Assembly: GCA_000146045.2 (NCBI GenBank)
Contig: BK006943.2
Span: 128,001 to 192,000 of the forward strand
Source of the DNA: TPA_inf: Saccharomyces
Taxonomy: Eukaryota
Length of the DNA stretch: 64,000 bases
Reading direction: 5' to 3'
Below the pieces are notes generated by a model. The model ran no database searches. It was given only the letters and a program-made list of their open reading frames with translations, and was not told the DNA's origin. Position numbers and translations under genes: made by a program. Below, piece after piece: positions 11,566 through 22,390 of this stretch. Positions within the stretch are counted from its first letter, which is position 1, and each line of letters opens with the position of its first letter.

Positions 11566-11691
11566 TCACTCAGACATCCTAGGAAGGTCTCTAAAGAAGA
11601 GCGGTCACCGAGAGTACTAACGATGGGTTCGTAAGCGTACTCCTACCGTGGAAACTGCGAATGTTAAGGAACCAGTCTTTCATCACCGTGA
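11566..11691 (-). ncRNA. SNR128: box C/D snoRNA U14 (snR128), 126 nt, essential for 18S rRNA processing
   Basis: The minus strand reads TCACGGTGATGAAAGACTGGTTCCTTAACATTCGCAGTTTCCACGG...CCTAGGATGTCTGAGTGA. Box C (UGAUGA) is at the 5' end and box D (CUGA) is near the 3' end. The termini are complementary (TCAC/GUGA). This matches my memory of yeast U14. Confidence 0.9.
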
Positions 11692-11760
11692 TCATAAATT
11701 ATATATATTATCTGTCTCCTCAAATTACCCACATTTGATAATCTCATGAGAAAAAATAAA

Positions 11761-11950
11761 GGCTCAGATCTGCATGTGTTGTATAACACTGGCAAGAAAA
11801 GTTCCCGTTTGCAAACACAAATGATTAAAAAAAAATGTCACAGAAGCAACATCTTTTCAAAATCATTCGCATTAAGAGAACGAGATAAAATCCCTTGTCG
11901 TCATGGTCGAATCGGACGAGGAAAGAAGAGACACCATTATCATCAGGGCC
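11761..11950 (-). ncRNA. SNR190: box C/D snoRNA snR190, 190 nt, sitting 69 nt upstream of U14 in the same dicistronic precursor
   Basis: The minus strand reads GGCCCUGAUGAUAAUGG...CAGAUCUGAGCC. Box C follows the 5' stem, box D (CUGA) precedes the 3' GCC, and the termini are complementary. The 69-nt spacer to U14 fits the known Rnt1-processed dicistron. Confidence 0.85.
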
Positions 11951-12248
11951 AATCAATTCTTCTTTTCTGTTTAAAAAAGTGTCATGAAATTTCTCTTGAG
12001 ATTATTCAAACTTGAATGTATCAAATGGGAAGGAGTGCAATGCTGAAGTCGAAAGAGGAGGATTACTCTCATTCTTACTACATTACAGTCACTGCTGTTT
12101 GTTCTTATGTAGGGGAATTCTTATTAACCGAATGTCGAGATTATTATAACCTTACAGAAGGTTGTCCAGTATTTATACATTTTGTTTCTGCCCATAAAGC
12201 TCTAGAAAATGAAAAAAAATTTTCTTTTCAGCCTGAGAAAGTTTTTTC

Positions 12249-12254
12249 TTAGGG
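12249..12254. promoter_or_regulatory. Tbf1-type TTAGGG motif in the divergent snR190-U14 / RPA34 intergenic region
   Basis: TTAGGG at 12249..12254 and TAGGGT at 12352..12357. Tbf1 sites are characteristic of yeast snoRNA promoters. Confidence 0.35.
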
Positions 12255-12312
12255 CAGCGTGTGGTTATTGGGTGTTGCGAAACTTTTTTTCTCAAACATG
12301 AAATTAAAGAAA

Positions 12313-12332
12313 TGAAAAATTTTATCGATGAG
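12313..12332 (+). promoter_or_regulatory. RRPE plus PAC-like ribosome-biogenesis promoter module upstream of RPA34
   Basis: TGAAAAATTTT is a perfect RRPE. It is immediately followed by ATCGATGAG, which matches the PAC motif GCGATGAG at 7 of 8 positions. The module lies about 105-125 bp upstream of the RPA34 ATG. Confidence 0.6.
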
Positions 12333-12436
12333 CATTGAATAGCTCAAGTTATAGGGTATTCGGTATCATATAGGTCTGTGATCGAGTGAGCAGTGAGCAG
12401 CTAGGATTCAATAAACGGGATTAACAAAAAATTGAT

Positions 12437-13138
12437 ATGTCCAAGCTTTCGAAAGATTACGTATCAGATTCAGACTCTGATGATGAAGTGATATCAAACG
12501 AGTTCAGCATACCAGATGGTTTCAAGAAATGTAAACATTTAAAGAATTTCCCTCTCAACGGTGATAACAAAAAAAAAGCGAAACAGCAACAGGTTTGGCT
12601 GATCAAATTCCCATCAAATGTGGACATCTCCAAGTTAAAATCTCTGCCTGTAGATTTTGAATCCTCTACAACCATGACAATTGATAAACACGATTATAAA
12701 ATCATGGACGATACAGATATTGAGTCCTCGTTAACACAGGATAACCTCAGTAATATGACTTTATTGGTTCCTTCGGAAAGTAAGGAAAGTCTTAAAATTG
12801 CTAGCACTGCCAAGGATAATGCACCATTACAGTTTGACAAGGTATTTTCTGTCAGCGAAACCGCTAAAATCCCAGCTATTGATTACAGTAAGGTAAGAGT
12901 TCCACGTAAAGATGTTCCAAAAGTAGAAGGCTTGAAGTTGGAGCATTTTGCTACTGGTTATGATGCCGAAGATTTCCATGTGGCTGAGGAAGTTAAAGAA
13001 AATAAGAAAGAACCAAAGAAGCGTTCACATCACGACGATGAAGAGGAGTCTAGTGAAAAGAAGAAAAAGAAGAAGGAGAAGAGGGAGAAGAGGGAGAAGA
13101 AGGATAAAAAGGATAAGAAAAAGAAACATAGAGATTGA
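12437..13138 (+). CDS. RPA34: RNA polymerase I subunit A34.5
   Basis: 233-aa ORF, MSKLSKDYVSDSDSDDEV..., with a lysine- and glutamate-rich C-terminal tail (KKKKKKEKREKREKKDKKDKKKKHRD). Confidence 0.9.
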   Translation: MSKLSKDYVSDSDSDDEVISNEFSIPDGFKKCKHLKNFPLNGDNKKKAKQQQVWLIKFPSNVDISKLKSLPVDFESSTTMTIDKHDYKIMDDTDIESSLTQDNLSNMTLLVPSESKESLKIASTAKDNAPLQFDKVFSVSETAKIPAIDYSKVRVPRKDVPKVEGLKLEHFATGYDAEDFHVAEEVKENKKEPKKRSHHDDEEESSEKKKKKKEKREKREKKDKKDKKKKHRD

Positions 13139-13418
13139 ATGCGTATGTGCGTATAACTGTGTGTAACATAAGATAAAAATGTGCATTTGTGTGTGTGTCA
13201 GTGATTTTTTTTCGCATTTACATATATAAAAAGGCATTTCTGCTGGTGGAAACTGATGAATGTTTTGTGTGGGCAATATTACTATTTAGTTTTGCATACT
13301 TAAATTTGTGTATACGATTAGAAATTTCAATATTTCGGGTGTAACACAAACGATTATTTTTTTCTTGATTTAGAGTCGCCATATGAATATTATTAACCTG
13401 CTTTTTCTGTGTTCTCTC

Positions 13419-14567
13419 TTATATGAGGTTCAATGGTAAGTGTGTTTTTAACTCGTGTTCTTCTTCATTAATCATCTTTAATACACTTCCAAGGTTGACC
13501 TGTAAATCTTCAAAGATTAGTTTATCCTGGCACGTCCGATGGATACTCCGTATAGAAATATCTAAGGATCTAATAAATTTGTATTGGTCCATTATTGGTG
13601 TGGACGGTTTCTTCGGTGACTCCAGCATTATTTTGCTTTGTATACTCAATTTTACGATATCAATTAACCATTTTTTGACCAATTTTGGTTCCTCTTCAAC
13701 GCATTTCGAAATAGCCCTTAAAATACGAACAAGCAGGATTTGATTTTGGGTGAAAGAGAAACCATCATCTTTATTGTGGTTCAGGACCGTTAAATCAGGC
13801 AATATATGTGACTTTTCATACAAAGATTGATAAATTAAAATCAAATCGTTATTCCTCCAATTTGCGCCTAAAAGCTTAATGTAATGAATTATATTTTGAC
13901 GAATATTATCTTCAGATACGTTAGAAGTTAGACATCTCCACAAAAGACGTCGCAGAGGAAACGGTAGATCACTGTAATCGGACAACCAACGAGGCTCGTA
14001 GTCTTTTCTTATTTGCACATCGTGCGTTCTATAATACAACAGGATGGATATCACTACTCTTTGGTATTCGTCAAACAAGGCTCTGTGCTCCCATACTTTA
14101 TCGAATTTGTTGAACTTTTTTGAGAGCAAAATTTCTGTTATTTGACGCACATTAGTTAACTTGCCCACATACTGCAAAAGCAGCAGCCTATCATATAGAT
14201 CCTCGGACGATGAACCTTGTAGTTCCTTCGAAGAAGAACTTTTGTTATCCGTTGCCTGGGTAACTATTGAGTTCAAATGTGAGAAAAGCACATCGTAATG
14301 AACAGCTACTTTTTGTTTCTTGGACTCTACTTCCGGTAGATTTGAATTCAGTATTCTCAGGATGTTCTCTATATGGTGATTTTGAAGATTATTTTCTTTA
14401 GTGCGTGAACGATTCAATAAGGAACCTTGTTCATTAACTTCAGAAGATTCAAACAAAGGCCCCAACAACTTCACTGGACCTTTGGTCAAGTATTTTAGAG
14501 TTGATTTCAGCTCATCATCTTTCGACTTCAATAGTCGGGTTGCTAACTGAGAAAAAGTCCTCCTCAT
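13419..14567 (-). CDS. mitochondrial protein YJL147C (MRX5), 382 aa
   Basis: The track ORF starts at TTG. The first ATG (complement of 14565..14567) gives MRRTFSQLATRLLKS..., a presequence-like N-terminus, and a 382-aa protein. Confidence 0.7.
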   Translation of the reverse strand: MRRTFSQLATRLLKSKDDELKSTLKYLTKGPVKLLGPLFESSEVNEQGSLLNRSRTKENNLQNHHIENILRILNSNLPEVESKKQKVAVHYDVLFSHLNSIVTQATDNKSSSSKELQGSSSEDLYDRLLLLQYVGKLTNVRQITEILLSKKFNKFDKVWEHRALFDEYQRVVISILLYYRTHDVQIRKDYEPRWLSDYSDLPFPLRRLLWRCLTSNVSEDNIRQNIIHYIKLLGANWRNNDLILIYQSLYEKSHILPDLTVLNHNKDDGFSFTQNQILLVRILRAISKCVEEEPKLVKKWLIDIVKLSIQSKIMLESPKKPSTPIMDQYKFIRSLDISIRSIHRTCQDKLIFEDLQVNLGSVLKMINEEEHELKTHLPLNLI

Positions 14568-15291
14568 AATCAATGATTCCTGTAGATAAAATTGACAAAA
14601 GGCAGCGCACGCACTATTTCCCTTTAGCCAGCACAATTACTTATGCGTGTTGTTGTTTAGGGTTCGTAAATCTATATTGAAACGCAATTTATATTCTACT
14701 GTTTTCTTTTCGCACAAACAGAAAACCGCTGTCACATTATTGTATGACTGTTGATATCGGACCATCATTTTCGACACTTTCATTGAGGGGAAAAATGTTG
14801 GTGTCATTACGCTCTCTACTCATGTCTTTATGTAAGTATACGTTTACAAGATTATTTATATGCTATGACACTACGGGTTCTCAACTTGCAGCAAAACAAG
14901 AAGCAGTTAGCGGCACATTTCGGTGCAAAAACTTATCAGCAGTTTTTGCTGCCTCTCTTTCACTAATCTAACTTACTATGTACGGCCGATAGCAGTATAT
15001 TGTGCTTTTTACTGTCTTTTATTACTTTTGCTGTTGCTCTTGCTCTTGACTGTTCCCATCTTTGCTTCGGAAATTTCCCCATGCGCTGCAGGACAGAAAC
15101 ACAAGCATGATTGAAGCAATCGAATTGTGCAGTCGAGTTCAAAATTGGCAGAGAAGAAAAGAGGTGGAAATTGCAACACGAATCACCGCTTTACCACGCA
15201 AAGATATCTGGATTCTTGATATCAATCTTTTTCAAATATATTTTATTTATTTATCAAAAGGGCAAGAAAGAAAAAACGATTGATAATAAAA

Positions 15292-16701
15292 ATGGATAAT
15301 CAGCAGGAAAGTATATCTGAAGATATCACCGGTGATCTGGCCGCTGCTGTGAGAAAGTCATGGTCCGAGTCACAAGATAATCCATTACTGTTAAATTTTA
15401 ATAATTCTCCCATAGGTACTCCCACTGATAGGTACTCCCCTGAACCAGCAACGATGATGGAAGGAAATGCAATGAATCTTTCATCACTTGCGAGAGGGTC
15501 GACACAGCAGCAGCAAAGGCTTTATGGATCTTCTCAAACACGCGAAAAATCTGATCAACAGCAGCAGGATTATCAGCTGTTCAAACATCATTATTCTTTG
15601 GGACAGGAGACGAGAGAGTCTGTTTCAGATATCCTTAACGATTTGACTCTAGGATCTCCGGAACCAAGCGAAAGGGCATCACCAATAAGGCAACCATCGG
15701 TGGATGTTCCACCTTTAACTACAAGGCGTAGTTCTATACAGGACGTTCAGTGGATAAGACATTTACTGAACCCAAGAAGTTCGTTTTCCGGCGCATCTTC
15801 CAATGAACCAACCAACTCTCCTGGGGATTTTCTTAATCAGAGCAGGGCTTGGATAACAATACTGCACGATTCATCGGCAGAATCTTTACAGGCTGTCATC
15901 GTATTGGCCGAGTCATTGAAGAATGTCAATTCTCAGTATAATCTCTGGGTATTGCATTCCAGTGAAGTCAACGCCTTTCAATTGGCCCAGGTAGGAATCA
16001 AGACGCTGATAATAGATGAATATATCAATTTATTCATGAATTTCGGCACTGGCTCGGGATTTAGCGCAAGTTCGCAATCGACCGAAACCAAGGGCGAATT
16101 GAATTTTAAGTGGTGCAAGCTATTTCTTTTTTTTTCGTTAATTGATCGATTCGAATTGATTTGCTATTTATCCCCTACATGCCTGGTACTGCAAAATATT
16201 GATGAGCTTCTAGAGAGCACTGAAGTATCTGACGAGATTGATAACGAAACTTGTGTATTGTTATCGAATAAGGTAAATTATATAAATGAAGATCTCGTTA
16301 GCGTGAACCAAGACCAATCTTCCGCTGAAAATTATGATGACGATCCTCAAATTATTATACTGAAGCCGAACAGGGCAGTAGCAATGTGCATTAAGGAATA
16401 CTTTACTATTTACGGGAACGATTTTGAAGGTGAAAGTAAAAGGTCGATGTTTCATCAAATGAACGATTTACAGATTATGAAAGCATTGTTTGGCGATAAA
16501 TGGAGTTATATAGATAGCGTTGGATACTGTGCTGTTCCCATAGCTAGCGTGCCAGCGAATAGATTGAATTATAAGATAATCGAATTTAAAATCCTGAAAC
16601 CTTGGGAAAGACAAAACTACATTGCTGCCGGTCAACATCGAGAATCTATTATGAACAAGTGGCTAGATCTTTGGCGAGACTTTTTGAACCAAGCAAACTA
16701 A
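15292..16701 (+). CDS. IDS2: IME2-dependent signalling protein
   Basis: From the ATG at 15292 the protein is 469 aa, MDNQQESISEDITGDL.... The track start at 15280 is a TTG. Confidence 0.85.
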   Translation: MDNQQESISEDITGDLAAAVRKSWSESQDNPLLLNFNNSPIGTPTDRYSPEPATMMEGNAMNLSSLARGSTQQQQRLYGSSQTREKSDQQQQDYQLFKHHYSLGQETRESVSDILNDLTLGSPEPSERASPIRQPSVDVPPLTTRRSSIQDVQWIRHLLNPRSSFSGASSNEPTNSPGDFLNQSRAWITILHDSSAESLQAVIVLAESLKNVNSQYNLWVLHSSEVNAFQLAQVGIKTLIIDEYINLFMNFGTGSGFSASSQSTETKGELNFKWCKLFLFFSLIDRFELICYLSPTCLVLQNIDELLESTEVSDEIDNETCVLLSNKVNYINEDLVSVNQDQSSAENYDDDPQIIILKPNRAVAMCIKEYFTIYGNDFEGESKRSMFHQMNDLQIMKALFGDKWSYIDSVGYCAVPIASVPANRLNYKIIEFKILKPWERQNYIAAGQHRESIMNKWLDLWRDFLNQAN

Positions 16702-17159
16702 ATAAGAATAGTACTGCTTTTCCGCAATTCTTCAATATTCATTAAAGGCGGTCCGGTACCCTCTTCATAGTTAATCCCATCATACTTATAATGTGTTTCA
16801 TTAAAATGCAGTTATAATAACAAAAAATTATATTTTTTTTTGCTGAAACATGCCGGTACACCGTATTTGTAATCACTTCCTTTTGTATACTACCACATAG
16901 TCATTATCCTTCTTTTTAATTCCTTTTTTTTTGGTTTCCTTTATCATCACTATATCTGAAAGTTCAAGGTTATTTTAGCACTTCTACATTCTCGGGTGTG
17001 GCTAGAATTGGGCGGAATGAAAAAAAAAAACTATGTCCATCGCTTTACTAATTAGTGATCGCACCAAGAAAAACGAGCTGTACATTGCAATTGTACCTCT
17101 TTTTTTTTTCCTACTTAGAATCCCAATCGTAATTAATTCACTAAATTAACATCCTTAAA

Positions 17160-18044
17160 ATGAAATTCGACAATGACAGTGAGAAGCAGGTTTTCGATAA
17201 GCTTAAAAAAGCGATTCCTGGTATTATCAAGGAAAAATGTGCAGGATACGATGAATTGTATGGTTACAAGTTGAATCCTGAAGGTCTTACACAAGAGGAG
17301 GTTGATAAATACTATGACGAAAAAATCGCCGATCGTCTAACCTACAAACTTTGCAAAGCCTATCAATTTGAATATAGCACCATTGTACAGAACCTGATCG
17401 ATATTTTGAATTGGAGGAGGGAATTCAACCCATTGAGTTGTGCCTACAAGGAAGTCCATAATACAGAATTGCAAAACGTTGGTATTTTGACATTCGATGC
17501 AAACGGCGACGCAAATAAAAAGGCTGTCACTTGGAACTTATACGGCCAACTGGTCAAAAAAAAAGAATTGTTTCAAAATGTGGATAAGTTTGTACGCTAC
17601 AGAATCGGGCTCATGGAAAAGGGTTTGAGCTTATTAGATTTCACCAGCTCCGACAACAACTATATGACCCAAGTCCACGATTATAAAGGCGTCTCCGTGT
17701 GGCGAATGGATTCTGACATTAAAAACTGTAGCAAGACGGTCATTGGAATCTTTCAAAAATACTATCCAGAACTGTTATATGCAAAGTATTTTGTTAATGT
17801 CCCCACCGTTTTCGGCTGGGTTTACGATTTAATCAAAAAGTTCGTTGACGAAACCACCAGAAAGAAGTTCGTGGTATTAACCGACGGCAGCAAGTTGGGT
17901 CAATACTTGAAGGATTGCCCATATGAAGGGTATGGCGGGAAAGATAAGAAGAACAATCTGACCAAGCAAAATGTCACAAATGTCCATCCAACAGAATACG
18001 GCCTTTACATTTTACAAAAACAAATCATCGAGGACGTTGAGTGA
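17160..18044 (+). CDS. SFH5: Sec14-family phosphatidylinositol transfer protein homolog
   Basis: 294-aa ORF with a CRAL-TRIO/Sec14-like fold. Length and sequence match SFH5. Confidence 0.85.
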   Translation: MKFDNDSEKQVFDKLKKAIPGIIKEKCAGYDELYGYKLNPEGLTQEEVDKYYDEKIADRLTYKLCKAYQFEYSTIVQNLIDILNWRREFNPLSCAYKEVHNTELQNVGILTFDANGDANKKAVTWNLYGQLVKKKELFQNVDKFVRYRIGLMEKGLSLLDFTSSDNNYMTQVHDYKGVSVWRMDSDIKNCSKTVIGIFQKYYPELLYAKYFVNVPTVFGWVYDLIKKFVDETTRKKFVVLTDGSKLGQYLKDCPYEGYGGKDKKNNLTKQNVTNVHPTEYGLYILQKQIIEDVE

Positions 18045-18358
18045 TTTGTTGGCATGATCTAATAATAGTCTCTTATATAAACCCTATAATAATTTCTTAT
18101 TTTTGCCTTATATTCAGGTAAATCACCATCTAACTGTATTATCTCTCACGTATCTTCACTTATATGGCTCAGAAAACACCGTACGAAACGAAGGGGCTGC
18201 GAAAATGTTTCTAGAAGGTAATGGCAATAATAGGGATACAGATCGATCAGATCCGCCTATATAAAAGACAACGCACCGAAGGTGAACAAGATCGCAGATA
18301 AAGGTATTTACAAGGGAAAAAAGTCAGCAAAAACAAGAGATAAGATAACAAGAAGAAG

Positions 18359-18673
18359 ATGTTAAGGAGGGAAACTTCAACAATATACAGGACACACAAA
18401 AAAAGCAACAGTAGTATACTCAGGAGCCAGCGGGACCAGACTAGAGTGGATTCCTTGGTAGAGGAGTCTCCCATGGGCGATTTCGGGATCAATAACCAGC
18501 CTACACAGCCTGGCGTGATATACTACTTTGTAGAGCTGACTAATTTAGGCATACAGGAAAACACAAGCAGTAATAATAACAACAACAATAATCATGGTGA
18601 CGATGAAAACGGCAGTCGATACGGCCACGGCAGCAGTCTGGGTGGAGACGTTCACTCTCGCCGTTGTTCATGA
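18359..18673 (+). CDS. ROQ1: small hydrophilin YJL144W (ROQ1), 104 aa
   Basis: ATG-initiated 104-aa hydrophilic, low-complexity ORF (poly-N, GDDENGSRYGHG). Its position between SFH5 and TIM17 matches YJL144W. Confidence 0.7.
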   Translation: MLRRETSTIYRTHKKSNSSILRSQRDQTRVDSLVEESPMGDFGINNQPTQPGVIYYFVELTNLGIQENTSSNNNNNNNHGDDENGSRYGHGSSLGGDVHSRRCS

Positions 18674-19100
18674 ACTCCAGCATTATAAAGCATATCTAAC
18701 AATACCATTCGGGTTATACTGAATAGCCCACGCACGGGTTCGGGGTTGTAACGATTATATGCATTTCATAACATGCCACTGTCAGTGGCGCCACGGAAGG
18801 ATAGCGGGACTTTATCAAATCATTAATTTCTGTGCATAAAGTGTATAGTATATTCATATAGATATGTATATATATCATTGAATACAGAAATCTTCGGGTG
18901 TATACAACGAACATTCATCGGACGCCTTTTTTACTGCTATTGTTCAACAAAGTGGGTAACCCGGCATTCTTGCGCCAAAGTTTCCATTTTTATGCCAAAT
19001 CCAGAGGATAAAAGCACTATTCTCATCAAAAGATGGAAAAGCTGTGAAAGAGTCAAGTTCAGAAGAAAGCGTTAAGAAAAATAGAGTACACGGGAGCGTT

Positions 19101-19577
19101 ATGTCAGCCGATCATTCGAGAGATCCATGTCCTATAGTCATACTAAATGATTTCGGTGGTGCTTTTGCCATGGGTGCCATTGGTGGTGTTGTTTGGCATG
19201 GGATTAAAGGTTTTAGAAATTCGCCATTAGGTGAGCGTGGTTCAGGAGCTATGAGCGCCATTAAAGCGCGTGCTCCCGTACTGGGTGGTAATTTTGGTGT
19301 GTGGGGTGGTTTATTTTCGACTTTTGATTGCGCTGTGAAGGCCGTTAGAAAGAGAGAGGACCCATGGAATGCTATCATTGCAGGGTTTTTCACTGGTGGC
19401 GCTTTAGCTGTAAGAGGTGGTTGGAGGCATACAAGGAACAGTTCGATCACGTGTGCTTGTTTGTTGGGTGTGATTGAAGGTGTGGGACTAATGTTTCAAA
19501 GATATGCTGCTTGGCAAGCCAAACCTATGGCTCCTCCTTTGCCCGAAGCACCTTCCTCTCAACCTCTGCAAGCTTAG
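19101..19577 (+). CDS. TIM17: mitochondrial inner-membrane presequence translocase subunit
   Basis: From the ATG at 19101 the protein is 158 aa, [29 protein letters not shown]..., with the Tim17/22/23 GxxxG-rich transmembrane helices. Confidence 0.9.
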
Positions 19578-19966
19578 GCATGTAGACATTATATGAGCCA
19601 TTTTTTCATCGTTGTTGGAAGTACCCTTATTCGGCATGTTTTTTGTTACATAAATGACGTATCGCACTAGCCTCCTTTACGTTTTTACTTTATTTCAGCC
19701 TTTTATTTCAAGATTACCAACCATTTCTCTCAACCATGTACATATTATATATTGAAAAAGTACCATACTTCATCTCTGAAGAGAAAATATCAACAAGCCA
19801 AAAGCTAGTGCAGAAACTTTATAATGTTACTTTATTAATTGTAATGACTATACGTATAAGGAAAATTAAGAAAAGGCAAAATTCATATTTATTTAGTATA
19901 TCATTATGGCACCAAGCCGTAATAAAATGAAATGGGTAGTTAAGAAAAGTCAGACAAAATAACGAT

Positions 19967-22390
19967 TTATTCTTCGACAATGTGAAGTTTATTGAACGCG
20001 CTTGTTGGCCCTTCTTGAACAGAATGAGTAACAGCAAAATTATTGGAGATGTCGCCAGATGTATTCTCCTTCCTTTTACTGATAGCACCAATGTCGACGC
20101 TATCAGCACCACCAGTGGCAGAGCTAGGATTATAGACATAGTTGTGGCCTGCATTGTTACTAGAGTCGTTCGCACTTCCATATTCACTTTGCTGGCCTTT
20201 TGCATCGTCATGTTTTTCTGAAGGACCCGGTAAAGACGATCCTGGAGGAAACCACTCACCTGTAAACTCCTGCTTTGTTATGAAGGGGTGTAGCATAGCT
20301 TGTTGTGGTGTCCATCTTTCTAACGGGTTCAAATTTAGCACACCGCCTAAAAAGTGGATCAAACACTCCCTATTCTGCATTTCTTGGTCGATAAGTTCTT
20401 GGGAGTTCTGTATGCTTTTAGGATACCTGTAGTTTCTAATAATATCTGGTAACTTTCTCCACTTAAAATATTGTTTACTGGGCTTTTCCACTATATTGTA
20501 TTCTCTGCAAAACTCTTCAATAGTTTTCATACGATGCTTTTGTGTAGAAGAAGAACTTTCTTCTGGTGCCAATTTCTTCATAAATTTTCCAGAGTTTTTA
20601 CCCATATCTATCATCCACGATGGAGGATATCCAAGCGTGTCTATTATTCTTGTTAATTGGTTATATTCAGAAGCGCCTGGGAAGATCGGTATACCCAAAA
20701 ATAATTCAGCAACAATACAACCTAACGACCACATGTCAATACTGGTTGAATACGGTATACCCAGTATAATTTCAGGAGCACGATAAAACCTGGACTGGAT
20801 GTATGTATAAACGGTTCTTGCCTCTTCGCAAGATGAGCCAAAATCAATAATTTTCAATTCCGGCTTATCAGGTGCGCAGAGCAAGATATTCTCTGGCTTC
20901 AGATCGCAATGAATCAGTTTGCTTTCCTTCAAAACGCATAACGAATCCAGTATTTGAGTGGTGAATGTTCTGATAAGTTGTATAGAGAGCCCATGAAATT
21001 TGTTTTGTTTTAATAATTCGTACAAATTATTGCTTAGTAATTCAAACACTAAACATAAGTGGTTCTTGTGGACAAAGGAGTCATACATCCTTAAAAAATG
21101 ATGTTTATTAGTAGGGTCTATCTTTTGATTCAGTAGCTCTAAAATTTTAGCCTCCGTTATACTTTGAGTCAAATATTCTGTCCTCGATTTAACCACTTTT
21201 ACAGCCAATATCTCTTTCGTCAGCAAATTTTGACATTTGACCACTTGACCAAATGTACCTTGACCCAAAATGTCTAGCACAAGGTACTTTCTGTTCTGCT
21301 CTACACCCAAAACGTCATTTACATAAAGAATATAGTCACTGTTTATGTTGTCGAATCCGTTGTTACATTTCCCTTCACTGGGCTTCGTAAGTACTCTCTT
21401 GGGGTTTTTGGACGTTTGGTAGGTAAATTCTGGAGAACATAAAGAATATGTGGTAATCAGGCTTTTCGTGACACTGACTAGGGGAGATATCGTCTTGGAA
21501 TTGAGCGACGCACGTCTAAACTTTGGAGTAGCATTTAAGACAGGTTGAAGATCGTTTTTAGAGTTGCAAAGTTGCATCTGAGGAATGGACAATTTCTGAC
21601 CTTGTACTTCATCTCTTCGTAACTGCTTGAAAGGGGGTTGTAGTGGGGGACTTGTACTAGGAGGATATGCGCTAAGCCTCCTGTAAGGTGACATGACTGG
21701 TATGGAGTTTGTTCCTTGATTAGTATTTGAATTTAGGGAAGAAAAATTGGACGAATAATTAGTTGCAGCCAGACTCTGCCTTCTTTGGAAATCTTGACGA
21801 TCATAAAGGGAGGGAACAAATCTGGATCCAAATTGGGAAGGATGGATAGCGCCCTGCTGGTATACTTGCTGTTGTTGTTGTTGATAGCCAGAAGGATACT
21901 GGCCACTGCTATTTCCTGCCAAACTCGTATTAGAGCTGGTGTAAGCGGGATAACTATCGTACTGGAAAGGATTTGGGGCAGGTGCCCTGGCTGGAGGTAC
22001 AACGAGACTAGATTTACGTCGTCTGTACGCATCTAGACTTTCGTTACTGTTTAAGTCATCGTATTGAGGGGGATACACCAGGTTTTGTTGAGAATTAGTT
22101 ACTTTTTCCTCATTCCAAGGGTTAACAAAGCAAAATTGAGAATTCTGTTGTTGTTGTTGTTGCTGCTGCTGCTGCTGCTGGTGATGATTCTGATGCTGCT
22201 GCTGTGGAGACCTTTGAGAGCCTTGATTTACGTACGATGGATTCCATATACCTCTCCCCATATGGCTATTGTCTGGGCTTGCTCTACCCGAGCCCATACT
22301 AGCATCACTGTGGGTCACAAGGGTCGGGCTCAAGGAGTTATTCATGTTGCTATTGGAGCTGGACGAGTCGTTATTATTGGATGAGTTCAT
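19967..22390 (-). CDS. YAK1: DYRK-family protein kinase
   Basis: 807-aa ORF with an N-terminal N/S/Q-rich region including a 12-residue polyQ run, then a kinase domain ([16 protein letters not shown]) and a DYRK activation-loop [13 protein letters not shown]. Confidence 0.9.
22145..22180. repeat. (CAG/CAA)n repeat encoding a Q12 tract within a Q/H-rich segment of Yak1
   Basis: Plus-strand tgttgttgttgttgctgctgctgctgctgctg is the reverse complement of CAG/CAA codons for residues 71-82. Confidence 0.85.

Noticed and set aside
11746-12252. Two plus-strand ORFs of 89 and 78 codons (11746..12015 and 12016..12252) between DAS1 and RPA34.
   Set aside because: They overlap the snR190 snoRNA on the opposite strand and the RRPE/PAC/Tbf1 promoter region. 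Their residues are basic and low-complexity. The snoRNA dicistron and the divergent promoter explain this DNA far better.
19112-19450. 112-codon minus-strand ORF entirely inside TIM17.
   Set aside because: It is antisense to a highly conserved essential gene. It arises from the GC-rich Gly/Ala codons of TIM17 read in reverse, and is a classic spurious overlapping ORF.
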